From: Camelus ferus
Lineage: Eukaryota
Length of the DNA stretch: 64,000 bases
Reading direction: 5' to 3'
Assembly: GCF_009834535.1 (NCBI RefSeq)
Contig: NC_045696.1
Span: 93,436,001 to 93,500,000 of the forward strand
The notes below the pieces were generated by a model. The model did no database searches, was not told where the DNA came from, and saw only the letters and a list, made by a program, of their open reading frames with translations. The translations under genes were made by a program, and so were the position numbers. This document shows positions 39,100-51,389 of the stretch, in pieces (positions within the stretch are counted from its first letter, which is position 1; the number at the start of each line of letters is the position of its first letter).

Positions 39100-39232
39100 T
39101 AATTTATGGTCAGAAGCAGGGCTAGGTGAAGACTCAAGGGCATCCAAGAAGGATAGTAAGTTGTTCTCTTGGAAGGATTAATAGTTGGAGCCCCTTTGGA
39201 CTTTCCTTCCTTAACTTTTTGTTCTACAATTT
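39100..39232 (+). mobile_element. L3/CR1-like 3' end remnant
   Basis: 'ggatagtaagttgttctcttggaagg...gttggagcccctttggactttccttcc...ttctacaatt' resembles the CR1/L3 terminus. Confidence 0.4.
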
Positions 39233-39415
39233 AAAGTCCTGCAGCTGAGAGCTGTGTGGAGAAGAGAGAACAAGACTCAGGCAGTGGGGATCAATCTCCC
39301 TTCTCTTGCTAAGAGTAATTGAGAATTTGCCCCCAAATCACACACTTCTAATCAAAAGAAAAACACGAATTAGCTAGAGCAATTTGGCAATTTGGATTGA
39401 GTTTGTCTGAGGTGG

Positions 39416-39418
<3 letters not shown>

Positions 39419-39456
<38 letters not shown>
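39419..39456. repeat. (GT)16(GC)3 microsatellite
   Basis: Direct reading of the sequence. Confidence 0.95.
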
Positions 39457-39457
<1 letters not shown>

Positions 39458-39973
39458 CAAGTGCACATGTTGTGGGAAGAAAGGTGTTTGTGAAGTTCTC
39501 GCTTCCACTCTATTTTAAATATATTTTAAAGGTTCCTTATTTTGCTTTCCAGGAGAGAAGTTTGGATAAACACATTTTACTTTATTATTCCATTGATAAT
39601 TGACCTCATAAATCAGTGCTCCAACAATCCTTTCTCTTAGCCTTAATGTGGCTTTTGTCAAAAATTTAAAGTTTGATCCAAACTAGCTAATGGGGAAATT
39701 TTGAAGGTTTGTGAGCAGAATGGAGCGGAAGGTGATTTTAAAGTGAAACTTTGGGCAGGTTGAATAGAGAAGAACAGGAGCTAAGAGCTATACACAGAGA
39801 ACTGATCAGGGCCAATAACTAGCAGAATTTAAACTGAAAAAAAAAATAAAACAAACAACTCTCCCAAATTTTAGACCTGGTTCTTCCTCTTACAAACAAT
39901 GTGATTTTAGGTAAAATCCTTATATCAGTTTCATCATCTAAAACCTGGGAATTTTTATTTAGTGCTTTTTCAC

Positions 39974-39974
<1 letters not shown>

Positions 39975-40006
<32 letters not shown>
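39975..40006. repeat. (TATC)n tetranucleotide repeat, ~8 units
   Basis: Direct reading of the sequence. Confidence 0.95.
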
Positions 40007-40007
<1 letters not shown>

Positions 40008-40084
40008 GTTTTTGTGTATGTTTATATGTAAACATATGCCTAGTCTTGGCTACATGACTTTTTGGTCAGCTTTATATATGCATT

Positions 40085-40280
40085 AATTATGTAGCAAGGA
40101 TTAGGTACTTTATAAATATTAACTTGTTTTTCCTCATAACAGCCCTATCAGGCAGGCACTATTACTTTCCATTTTGCAGTTGAGGACACTGAAGTACATA
40201 CAGTTAGGACACACAGCCAATCAAGTGGCAGAGCTGAGACTGGAACCCTGGCAGTCTGCTTCCATAATCTGCCTTAATCT
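40085..40280 (-). mobile_element. MIR SINE
   Basis: 'cctcataacagccctatcaggcaggcactattactttccattttgcagttgaggacactga...aagtggcagagctgagactggaaccc'. Confidence 0.85.
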
Positions 40281-41561
40281 TTCCCCTCTGATACTTAGCC
40301 AATCCACAGAACTGTGGTGAAGTTTAAGTGGAACAATGTACCTTTTCTGTAAAATAATTCATCTTAATCTTACCTATCACTTTGAACATTCTTAGTTTCA
40401 TGGACTTATTCGAGAACTTTGTGAAATGTGCATTATACTAGCAAAATACACAGATAAAGATAACATAAAAATGTACGTGCTATTTCCAAGACTTCACAAA
40501 TCTCCAAAAGTCCAATCTTGGGCATCAGGTTATAAAAAGCCTGACTTAAATTTGGTTGGGTCTCCAAAGCCTTAGTCTCTTCCAGCCAGAAATAAGATGA
40601 TATGCTGAGTCACTTCCCAGTGGCAGTTCTCAGGGCTGAGAGACATCCATATAATTTAGGGATAAATTCCATACCACTTTGGATTGCTTAACCATGTGTT
40701 ATTCAGAAGTCTCGGGTCAAATTTCCTTTAAAAGTATATATTCAGGGTTAAAAATGGAGTGAGAGAACAAGAGTTTCGCCAAAATCTTTAGTCTTTTTGT
40801 GGAATTCAAAATATTTGAAAAGTAGTCTGAAGAGGCTGGTGGCATTTAGCTACCCTGAGTTCCAAGAATCACATCTTGTCAACTTCTGCTGATTTGCTTT
40901 TTGACCTCAATTATCTCCACCTCCCTTCTTCATTAAAGCACATTGAGAGTCCAAGCACAGTGCAATTCAGGACCATGCAAAGGAAAACCATTCCAAGTTG
41001 TACATTTCATCACTTTTTCTGACAGATAAAAATTCTGACAAGTGTTTATCAAGTTGCTTGAAACCCATTGTGATTCAAGTCAACAAGTTCAATAGAGAAA
41101 ACCTACTGAACAATTAACTGTGACTTGTAATAGCTGTTCATATTCTTTGCAGCAAAGAAAAACAACAAACCCGTACTGTTTACCACTGATTGCTAAGACC
41201 CAAACGTAAGAAAGAAAAGGCACTGTCGGCTTTGTTTTGGTTTCCAGTTGGCTGCTTTTCTGAAAGAGAAGCGACTGTCTATTAAGTCAGATCCTTACCC
41301 TTTTTTCCATTTCCTATTGATAGGTCCAGTTGTAATTAATGAGCAACTAATGAACAATTGTGTAATTTAGCAACATTGTAAATTTTCTCTAGTTTTATGA
41401 TTTTAAAATTTATCTTAAGGTGAAAAGTTATAGTAGATACAAGAAATCTCTATTTAGTAGCCTCCAAAATACTATCAAGTGATCAACTGAGGTTATAATT
41501 TGAATTTTAAAAAACTGATGTGAGCCACTGAAGTCAGAAGTCAGCAAAGGTGACTCCGTGT

Positions 41562-41566
<5 letters not shown>

Positions 41567-41622
<56 letters not shown>
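41567..41622. repeat. (TG)28 microsatellite
   Basis: Perfect TG run, preceded by an interrupted gtgtgtgtc. Confidence 0.97.
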
Positions 41623-41625
<3 letters not shown>

Positions 41626-42266
41626 AAACTGGTCAATGAATTAACAAAGCCAAGTTCTTTACTGCCTGAGATAATCTTACCTATATTAAGTTGCCACTCA
41701 CCTGGTCAAACATGTTCTACTAATTTCAATTCTATTTCTAAATTAGGGGTTTGCTCCACTTGACAAGAGGTTCATAAAGAATTTATAAGCATTGATATCT
41801 ATGCACCAGGGAAAGTACAGAGAAACGAATTAGCTCAGCTCTTACTTACTGAAACTTACCAGTTGTTCCAACTAAAAATTCTCAGGGAAACACTGTGAAT
41901 TTAATACGTTCCCTACCGTACTTCCTACTGTTAGCCAAAACTATTGGCCAACAATAGTCAATGAAATGATATACTGAAGTACTTCTATCCTTTGAGGGAA
42001 AAGCCAGTGTGTAATACTGAGCTAGTGGTATGATTAGAATACTTAATAAAAAATAAGTAATTTTCATGTATATCAATATGATAAAGCAAGAGTTTTAAGA
42101 GTAAGTTTGTTATCAGACTATCTCAGATTCTCTTATATATATAAAATACATACATATATATAATATTAGTGCTATCTCTCTGCCACACACTCATCGGAAT
42201 AACCCTATTTGTTCAATTATTTATTCATCCATTCAATACGTATTTTTTATTTAACATGCTTTAAAG

Positions 42267-42467
42267 TAGGGGTCCACAACTTTTTATTTAAAGGGACAGA
42301 CAGGCTTTTCAGGGTTTAAGATCTCTGTCACAGACACTTAATTATGCAGTTGCAGTGTGAAAGCACCACAGGCAATGCTTAAATGATTTGATGGGGCTGT
42401 GTTTGAATAAAATTTTATTTACAAAACAGGCAGCCAGTTGCCTGTGGACCACAGTCTGTAATCCCCG
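42267..42467. mobile_element. MER58A hAT MITE
   Basis: 'taggggtccacaactttt...aaagggacaga...tctctgtcaca...ggctgtgtttgaataaaattttatttacaaaacaggcagcc'. Confidence 0.82.
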
Positions 42468-43087
42468 TCTTTAATAAGTAGATGCTTATGTTCTGTGTAT
42501 AGTGCAAAGTTGTTTAAAACTAGTAACTTGAGGTCAACAAGTTCAATGTCTTTTTGGAAGAAATAGAGGGCAGTTCTGTTTCTTCCAACTCTATGAAATG
42601 ATGGCCACCTTAACTCAAATGCTTCTATTTTAATTTTACACTCACTGAAAATTGGGTATTTCAGAGTAACACAAGAATGTTATTTTCTCCTTTAAATAAA
42701 CAGGCAAGTTAGCCAAAATCTTGCTCTGATTTCTGAAACTCTGCTTAGCATATTGTTCAAACTGAACAATGACAGAATTGTTTTAAAGAAAATAAAAGAT
42801 ATATTTAAAGAATAATTAAAAGACTATGAACATCAACACTACTATCTGAAACTAAATAACATTCCATAAAAATGATTATTCTATTATCAAATTTAGAATA
42901 TCAGGGATCTTCTTGGGAACAGCAGTGATAGTTTTTTGAAGAAAACTTTCAATTCATAAGGTAAAGAAATTACTTGGGAGGTACAATTTATTGACAGAAA
43001 AAAAGCGTATTTGGAATTCTTTTTTTTAAAAACGTAACAGTGTCCGCTTCTTTTTCTACATTTCTACTATAATTTTATGTAAAACTA

Positions 43088-43101
43088 GCTCCCTCTAGTG
43101 G
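43088..43101 (-). promoter_or_regulatory. Candidate CTCF binding site
   Basis: Reverse complement CCACTAGAGGGAGC is a common CTCF core variant, set in AT-rich flanks. Confidence 0.55.
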
Positions 43102-43641
43102 TGACAATCATGTTTTTCACCAAAAAAGCAAGCAGCTTTCTTGTCCAGGTATATAAAACCCTTTGGAATTGAATCTCAAAATATCCACCCAAGGAAATCA
43201 ACGTTTATTGAGAACAGGATAAAATTTTAACAATAACCCAATTCGTTCTTTAATAGTCTTTCTGAATTTAACATTATTTCAAAAACATGATAATACAGGG
43301 AATGACCTTGAAGTCTTCCAATTTAACTTGTTCTATTTGCTCCTGGAAAAGGCAGGCCCAGACAACTGAATGGACTCTTCCACTCAATAGGAATCAGTTT
43401 ACACTTTTTAAAAAAAACCAGTTAAAAGGTTTATGATTCAATCAAAAGATACGAATTTTTAAAATACTAATGTCTACACCTGGACATAAATATACTCAAT
43501 TTAGTCTGCATTTTTAACATCAGATGCTTTCTTTGGTATCACTGAGGATAAAAACTAAATGTGTAACTTCAGCATTGTAAAATATCAGAAAGCTGTTGAA
43601 AGACAGGCTCCTTACTGGAACCCTTGATGTATGATGTAGAC

Positions 43642-43810
43642 CAGCAGTTGGTAACTTTTTCTGCAAAAAAGGGACAGATAGTAAACATTTTCGGCTCTGC
43701 AGACCATACGGTCTCTGTTGCAACTATTCCACCCTGCTTCTGTAGCACGAGAGCAGCCACAGACAACAAAGAGATGGAGGAGTGAGGTGTGTTCTGTTAA
43801 AAGTCACTTT
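43642..43810. mobile_element. MER58 5' portion
   Basis: 'aagggacagatagtaaacattttcggctctgcagaccatacggtctctgttgcaactatt'. Confidence 0.85.
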
Positions 43811-44154
43811 CAGAAGAGGCAAACTTATAACTCTTAGATATAAAAATAAACATGTGTAAGGATTTTATTCTACATATATGAGGGAATACAAATAGTTCAA
43901 AGGGAAAGAAAAAGTGAAGAAGCACCAATTCATATGGAGTAAATGAACTGAATTGCAAATGGAAGTAAAAAATTTTTTTTCATGAAGGAATAAGAAGTCA
44001 ATCAAAACTTTACTGGACAAGACAGGTTTGCATGCCTATCAGCATCTACAACTTACAAAGAGTTGCAAGATAGCTTCAACGTAAATGAAAGTTCTAGAGT
44101 TTTATAAGCCAAAAGGATGTAGACAATGTATATTTTCAATAACACATTTTTCTA

Positions 44155-44338
44155 CAGTTTTAATAAATTTTTATAGATAATGAAATTTGAATTTTACATA
44201 ATTTTTCATGTCATAAAATATAGTTCTTTTGATTTTTTTCACTATTAAAAATGTAAAAATTATTTTTAGTTTACAGCTAATAAAAGACACAAATAGTAGG
44301 CTGGATTTGAGTTGTCAACAACAGTTTGCTAAGTCCTG
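44155..44338. mobile_element. MER58B 3' portion
   Basis: 'tgaaatttgaattttacataatttttcatgtcataaaata...aggctggatttg...cagtttgctaagtcctg'. Confidence 0.8.
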
Positions 44339-44739
44339 GACCTCTGATGTTAAGAGTGCATTTTCTCAGATAAGAAAAGATGAAGTAAGTCATAAAGCAA
44401 GTAAAGATATGGAAAACAAAGCCCACAGACATAGTTCTGAATAAGTTATATCTCTGATACTTTTAAGACCAACTTACAGGGAGCCGTTAAGATGTCTGAA
44501 AGACAGGCTAGTAATGTTTATTGTTAACTCTCAAAACATTTTGTCTGTGGGCATGCATGGTGTATTTTTGTGTGTAGTTATGAATGTAAAGCAAAAGAAT
44601 GCAATAAAAGGAGTTTTACAGACTAAGGTAAAAGAGAAAATGTGTAAGTAGAAATTAGAAAAGTAGTATGGTAGAAAGTGGAGAGAGAGAGAAGCTAAGA
44701 AGGAATTACATATTTTCTGAGTTTTAATAAAGAAAAAGA

Positions 44740-46300
44740 TAAAAACATTCAAAATAAAGAAAGAACATAACTATGGAAAGGCTTAATAGAATTCTACATG
44801 CAATTTTATAAGAAAAGATTTGAAATTCTGGAGGAAATGGCTTATTTCTAAAAATATTAATTACAAAAATTGACCTAAGGAAAAGTAGAACACTTGGTAA
44901 CCCAATTAGCATGGAAAAGATTGAAAGAGTAAATGAAATTTTAACACTAAAAGAGATACGAGGATTAGATAATTTCATGAGTGGGTTTTAACTACCTTTA
45001 AAAAAAGATTATTCCAAATTAATTTAAACTATTCCAGATGCTAGAAAAAGATAAAAATATCTTCAATTGATTTATGATCATACCAAAATGTAACAAAACT
45101 GGAATGGGAGACAGAACCCCTATAGTCCAATTTCCCTTGTATGGTGTAAGTAAAAATCTTAAGAATTATATAAAAATACAATTCAGCAAAATGTTGAATG
45201 AATAAGACACTATTAAACAAGTGGGCTTAATATAAGAAAATTTATTAACAAGTTAAAACAAAAACATATACCCATCTCAATAAATTCTGAAAAATAAATT
45301 TTCTATTAAATGGGAGTAAAAGTCCTATGATAAAGAACATAAACTCAAACTCAAAATCAAACTATCATTCTGAAGTTTGATAACTAAAATTTGTCTTTAC
45401 TATCAAAAATAAATGAGTTGCTCCCTTTTAATATTAATTATTCAACACTGTTTTGGAAATTTTTGCAAATGTATATGACAAGAAGATGGAAATGGACATA
45501 AATATCGGAAAAGACAATATAAATTTGTCTTTTATTGCTGATGTAGTACGATGGATTTACCTAGAAAATTCATGAGAAAATAAGTAAAAATAAAACTGTC
45601 AGAATTAATAAAAGAATTGAGCAAAGAAGCTGGAGACCAGAAAAACTGCAGAAAACAATAGCTTTTTTCTACACTAGCCATTGACATATGAGGAGAGTTA
45701 CACATTCCATTTACTCCTATATATAGGAGTAAATTTAGCAAGAAGTAATGGTACATAAGGGAGTTTGGGGACCTTAAAATCTTATTAAATGACATAAACT
45801 AAAAGGAAAAAGGAAAAATAGACATTAAATATTCTTTTCTTTGTAACTTATAAAACAGGTAGATAGAAGATCAGTAGGACTACAGAAAAGCTGAACAACT
45901 GCATCAAAAAAATCAGCCTAATTAAGGTATACAAAACAGTCCACCTAAGAAGAGCAGAATACACATTCTTTTCAAGTGCACATAGATCACTCACCAAGAT
46001 CAAGCATACACTGATCCCTAACACAAGTCAGAAATTTTTGAAGGGTTGATATTATACAGAATATGTTCCCTGATCATAATGAATTTAAATTAGAAATCAA
46101 TAAAAATATATCTAAAATCCTCAAATATGACCATGCTTCCAAATATCACAGGGGAGCCAAAAGGGAAATTAGAGGTTTGGTGATGAAAATTTCATGTGGT
46201 CATAGTTATATAAACTATACGCATATGTTACATACATATGTTGAAACTGAATTATACAGATTTCATTATATCTAAATTATAACTCAATTAAGGAGATTTT
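44740..46300 (+). mobile_element. Degraded old L1 (L1M) ORF2 fragments
   Basis: Post-endonuclease/RT-region motifs ('aattacaaaaattgacctaaggaaaagtagaa', 'attattcaacactgttttggaa', 'gaattaataaaagaattgagcaaag'), then an endonuclease-region piece ('gcagaatacacattcttttcaagtgcacat...caccaagat'). Confidence 0.8.
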
Positions 46301-46459
46301 TGTAAATACTGATAGAGGAAGACAAATCTTATACACATGTCATTTCTGTAAAAGTTATGATTTCAAGTTAGTGTGCAAAATGAAGATCTGTTTGTTATGT
46401 TTAAAATATATTTTGTAATATATACTTTTTGTATATTTGTATGTTTTATTAAAAGACTA

Positions 46460-49040
46460 AGAGTAAACGGGCAGAAATATGAACAGAAAATTTACACAAA
46501 TAATAATAGCCCTTAAACATATGAAAGGATGATCAAACTCATTTATACTTAGTAAAATGCAAAATAAAGATGCACTGTTTTTCACCTACCATTTTTACCT
46601 AGCACATTGTCAAAAATTAAAATGTCAGATAATGCATCATGTTTGTGAGGCTATAGGTACGCTTATTCACTGCTGGCAGAAATTAAACAGGTAACAAACT
46701 TTTTTGGAAGGAAATTTGGCAATATCTAACAAAACTACATATGCATTTACGTTTTGGTCCAGAAATTTCACTTTTAGGAATTTACTCTGAGGATGCACGC
46801 TTCTGTAATAAGAATGTATTATATGCACGAAGTTATCCATTATAGCACTGTTTTTATTTGCAAAATATTGTAAAGAATCTAACTGCCACACACAGGAGTA
46901 TTGTTGGATGAACAATGGTATATCCATACAATGGCATCCTAAGCAACTATAAAAAAGAACGAGTAAGATCTCTATCACAGTGACTTCAGAAATCTTAAGT
47001 AAATAAATGCAAAGTACAAGAGTAGCTATAGTTACTATCTTTGTTTAAGAAAGGCTGAGAAATAAGAGTACATGCATCTGCTCATTGGGCAAAAAGAAAC
47101 ATAGGAAGCTTAACCAAGAAACGAACAAGATCAGTTGCCTATAGGATATAAGTGAGGAAGAGTATAAAGGATGAGAAGAAAGAATGGGGTAGAAGGGTAG
47201 GAGTAGTGACATTTCTCTGAACATCACTTTGGGCAAAGATTTGACTTTTAGAATCATGTTATGTTTTACAAACATAAAAAAGCCCTAAACAAACAAAAAA
47301 AAAAAAAAAAAGAAGAAGAAAAGGAGAAAACTCCAAATATAGAATATAATTAGAACAAGTAAGTCTAAGTCTATTTTGAGTGAGTAACACAACCACCCCG
47401 AAGAGAGGGGAGTGGTGGAAAGAGTCAAGGTAAGTAACATTTGAAAAATGATAATCTGGTTATATAACTTCTAGCTAAAGATAAAAAGAGCTATAACCCA
47501 ATACTGAATTCTAATTACCAGGTTTGTTTTTCACAGTAAGTTAACAATTCTGAGTCCCTTAATATGTATTGTAAGATTGAGCAGATAAATATATGTATAA
47601 TGGGACTGAGGTTTCTCATTGTCAGAGGAAAAAGGGAAGGCTGAAATAAACCCTGTTGTGTTGAATCAGAGTTTGAGTTATCAGAATGAATTCATGGCTT
47701 TTAATATATACGGGTGGATTTAATATGTCTAGGTGCAATGACATTTCGGCAGCAATGAGATGAATTTAATGCCTACATCTTGCTTTCCAAATACCATTCT
47801 CCACTGAAAGGAGCCACTCTTTGGAGAAAGAGCTGAGGGCAGGGTGGGGCTTATAAAACACAAGATCAACCTGAAACATCTTTTTGTGTCCAAAACTAAG
47901 GTGTAATATAATAATAAAAAAATAATGACAACATGTCAAAAGACAGAGGAGCAAGTTTAAACAGGCTCTCACTGGCTAGTATGGGACAAAATTGACCAAA
48001 AAATAATTACTATTAAATAGCATTTGAATCTATGAGTTCATACAAATATAAACATATAGATAAATATACAATCGGGGGAAAAGGAAAAGCTCTCCCATAC
48101 AGTAGAACACCAACCAGTAAACGCAAAATGATAGAATTTAGAAAATTATCATTTGTCAAACAGTATAATAATTGATTCAAGAAATAATTATTGCAGGCTA
48201 AACTAGTAAGAGGAAATTTGATGATAAACAGAATATTTACATGGCCATGACATATCTCTTAATAAATTAGTAATTTCAAATGGAAAGAGAGCAACTAAGG
48301 CAGAGAAACTTCGAGACATCACCTTAACCAAATGATTAACATTAACATTAGCAGAAATGAGATAGACAGATATCATGAATCTTAATATAATCTGATAGGA
48401 TGTGTAGAGGAGGACAATATGTCATTTTCATGGTACTCTTGCCAAAAATTTATAACCTAAATTTAATTATAAGGAAACATCAGACAAGCTCAAATTAAAG
48501 AACATTCTACAGAATACCTGCCCTTCATTCTTCAAAGGAGTCAATGTCATGAAAGACAAAGAAAGGCTAAGAAACTGTTCCAGACTGAAGGAGACTAAAG
48601 ACATATGGGCATTTGTGATCCTGGATTGGATCTAGGACCATCAAATTACTTATTTTATTTTGCTAATAAAAGCATTCATGAAAAAATCATGAAAACTGAG
48701 TAAGATCTATGGATTCAATAATAGTTCTATACCAAAAATAATATCCTGATTTTGGAGATTTGTATTGAGGTTATTTAAGAGATATTTTTATTTATAGGAA
48801 AAGAGGCATGATGTGTACAATTTACTCTCAAAAGGACAGAAAAATGTTTTTTACACATGTATATAAATATGCACATGCACACATACATACATACATACAC
48901 ATACATAAATATATACAAGAAGAGAGGATGAGAAAGCAAGTGTGGTAACATGATTAATATTTGAATGTGAGTAAAGTTATATGGCATTTTTTTCTGGATA
49001 ATTTATGAAAATTATCTGTAAGTATGAAAACATTTACTTT
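46460..49040 (+). mobile_element. Old L1 (L1MC/L1MD-type) ORF2 end and long 3' UTR
   Basis: 'ttttggaaggaaatttggcaatatctaacaaaa', 'catcaccttaaccaaatgat', 'aggaaacatcagacaagctcaaatt', 'gtcatgaaagacaaagaaaggctaagaaactgttccaga'. Confidence 0.88.
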
Positions 49041-49170
49041 TTAAAAGTCTTTTTTTAGTCAGGTGGAACGTTCTTAGCTGCAAATTGGCAGATGACCTGA
49101 CTAAAGCAGTGCAAATAATAAAATGTTTTTTTAATATCATAAATCCAGAATTCCGGAGGAAGAGTAGAAA

Positions 49171-49635
49171 TGTTATGGAAACGACAGGCCAGCCAAGAAA
49201 CAAGCACCACTCAGAGGGTTGGAGTACTCAGATGTATTACGCCGGCGGGCTCAGAGGGGCTTCTGCTCCGAAGCTCCGAGCACCTCCAAGACATGCCCAT
49301 GAGGTTTTACAGGGTAAAGTACAAGCTTGGGGTATTCGGCCAATAGGCATGGAAGAGCTTTAGCAGCACCATTATCACAAAAGTGGAGGCAGGGAGACAG
49401 CAAACCAACATTCCAAAGCCAGATATATATCTTCGAAAATCCAGCTGGCTAGCAAAAAAACATGAACAGCAAACCAACACTAATTAACTTAGATTTACAA
49501 GTTAGTCCAGCAGAACTCAGATCAGTATTCCGATATTTAGATTTGTGAGTTATCTTGTTAGCCCAGCCCAGCCTCTCCTTCACATTCCTAGACTTGTGAG
49601 TTATCTTGTTAGACCAGCCGGGCTTTTTCTTCACA
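49171..49635 (-). mobile_element. Young ERV solo LTR
   Basis: TG...CA termini (tgttatgg...cttcaca); flanks GAAA/GAAC (4-bp TSD, 1 mismatch); ~10 retained CpGs. CCAAT (49340), TATA-like (~49305) and polyA-like (~49233) elements are ordered for minus-strand transcription. Confidence 0.8.
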
Positions 49636-50999
49636 GAACTAGGGTTGGACAATCTTTTAGCACACTGATATCATCCAGGACCCAGTTCCTTCTACCTCTC
49701 TGTTCTATCAGCAACATCCCCATGTTTAAATTTTGTTATAGCAGTTCCGGACATCATCTGCTGTCATACATCTAAACAATTCCACAAGGTCCCCAACAGA
49801 TTTCCTTTACCTGTCACTAATGAGGACTTTATCACACATTCAGGCTGAAACCAATCACAGCCAAGGGGAAGGGAATTACCACAAATGGCTTAGACCAAAG
49901 TTGATACCTAGTGCTAGGAAGGCAGGCATGAAACCCATGACTTCCCAATAACTGCATTCTTTTAGCAAGAAAAAAGTCAGAGGATGAGGAGGGTTGGGTA
50001 GATCTCTTTGAAGACACTTAATTCATCTATAAAGCATAACATTTATCAATGTGTTTATCCTGCACCAACTCTCAGCCTAATTCAGTTTGTTTTGCCTTTT
50101 CTTAGCGTTGAAATAGGCCAATTACATACCAAATGAAGTAGTTGTTTTTCAGTTAAGGGGCAGATTATGCAAATTACAATAGCCTTTTGGGGAGGTCTGG
50201 TTTTGTTGGGGAAGGGGTGGTGACTATTTGCTTGCTTGCCTTGCTAATGACAAAGTGTTTAATTCATTTAAGTTAAATACTGTACGACAATTCTGTTATG
50301 CCCTAATCTATGTTAATAGATTGTGAATTCATCTGTGATTAGTAAGCACAGGGTGCTGTGGGAGGACAGCCTTGGATGGGGGAGGGGCAGGGGAGGCTTG
50401 CTAAGGTATCAGCAGAGGTAGGAGGAGAGGTAAGATTCTGATAACGGATTCTTTCTTGGTTATGTGGGATGTTAAATCCTTTTCTCAAAATCTGAAAACA
50501 TGTAAGGGTGCATTAAGAGGAGGGTAAAATGAAGTTTCAAATAACAATTGCAGACAAAGGGAAGGAAAATGGACCAAAGGTAAAAAGGAAAGAATTGAGG
50601 GCAGCACTGGGAACTCGACTGAGGTTTGAGAGACTGGATTATGATTGAAGATGCTCATTTTGTAGTTGTCATCAAAATCATTTCAAAGAGTTTACTTATG
50701 GCTCTTTTTTCTGAGGCAATTTTTATTAATTCAAATTCAAGTTCAACTCAGAATTTGTTATAATTACACTTAAGATAGAAAGGGACTGACCTTTACATTG
50801 TGTATAATAAAAAAATGTTCTGGCCTCATTACTAATACAGTTATTAGGCTGATGCCCAACCTCCTGAAGAAAATACTAAAAGATATCACCATAAGTTCAT
50901 GTGTGTGTCTAAGTATCTATAAAGTCTGTGTGTTTATATGTTGTACTCAAGTACTGAGTGTTGGCAGGACATGGAAGCCTTGTTAGCAATTAGTTGTCA

Positions 51000-51300
51000 C
51001 CACTGTGTAAGTTCCTTATCACTCTTAGTGCACGGTACTAGGTGCTAGGAAACAGTGATGAACTAGGACCTTTGACCCTGAGCTTACAATTTAGCAGCAC
51101 AGATAGGCAATTTAACAAAGATAAGCAGTTAAAACAAGGTTGAATGTCATGACAGGGCGAGTGTTTGGCCTATAGGAGTATGTGGCAGGGCCTCTAACAT
51201 AACATAATGATCCAGAAGAGCCTCCATGAGCCAAAGACACTGAAGCTGACGCCTGAAGAGTAAACAGGAGTTAACCAGACGAATCTCACGTGGAGGAAAC
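51000..51300 (-). mobile_element. L2 3' fragment
   Basis: 'tactaggtgctaggaaacagtgatgaac...tgaccctgagcttacaatttag...tgaagctgacgcctgaag'. Confidence 0.75.
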
Positions 51301-51389
51301 CGTATGACTCTTTTCTGCTGTAACACAGGGCTCATAGTTAGTAAATGAGCACTACTACTGCTGTGCTGAATATTAAAGTACTGAAATCA

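Noticed and set aside
43642..44338. A single MER58B split by an insertion
   Set aside because: The two parts appear to overlap on the consensus, and no TSD or identifiable insert is visible, so they are listed as separate fragments.
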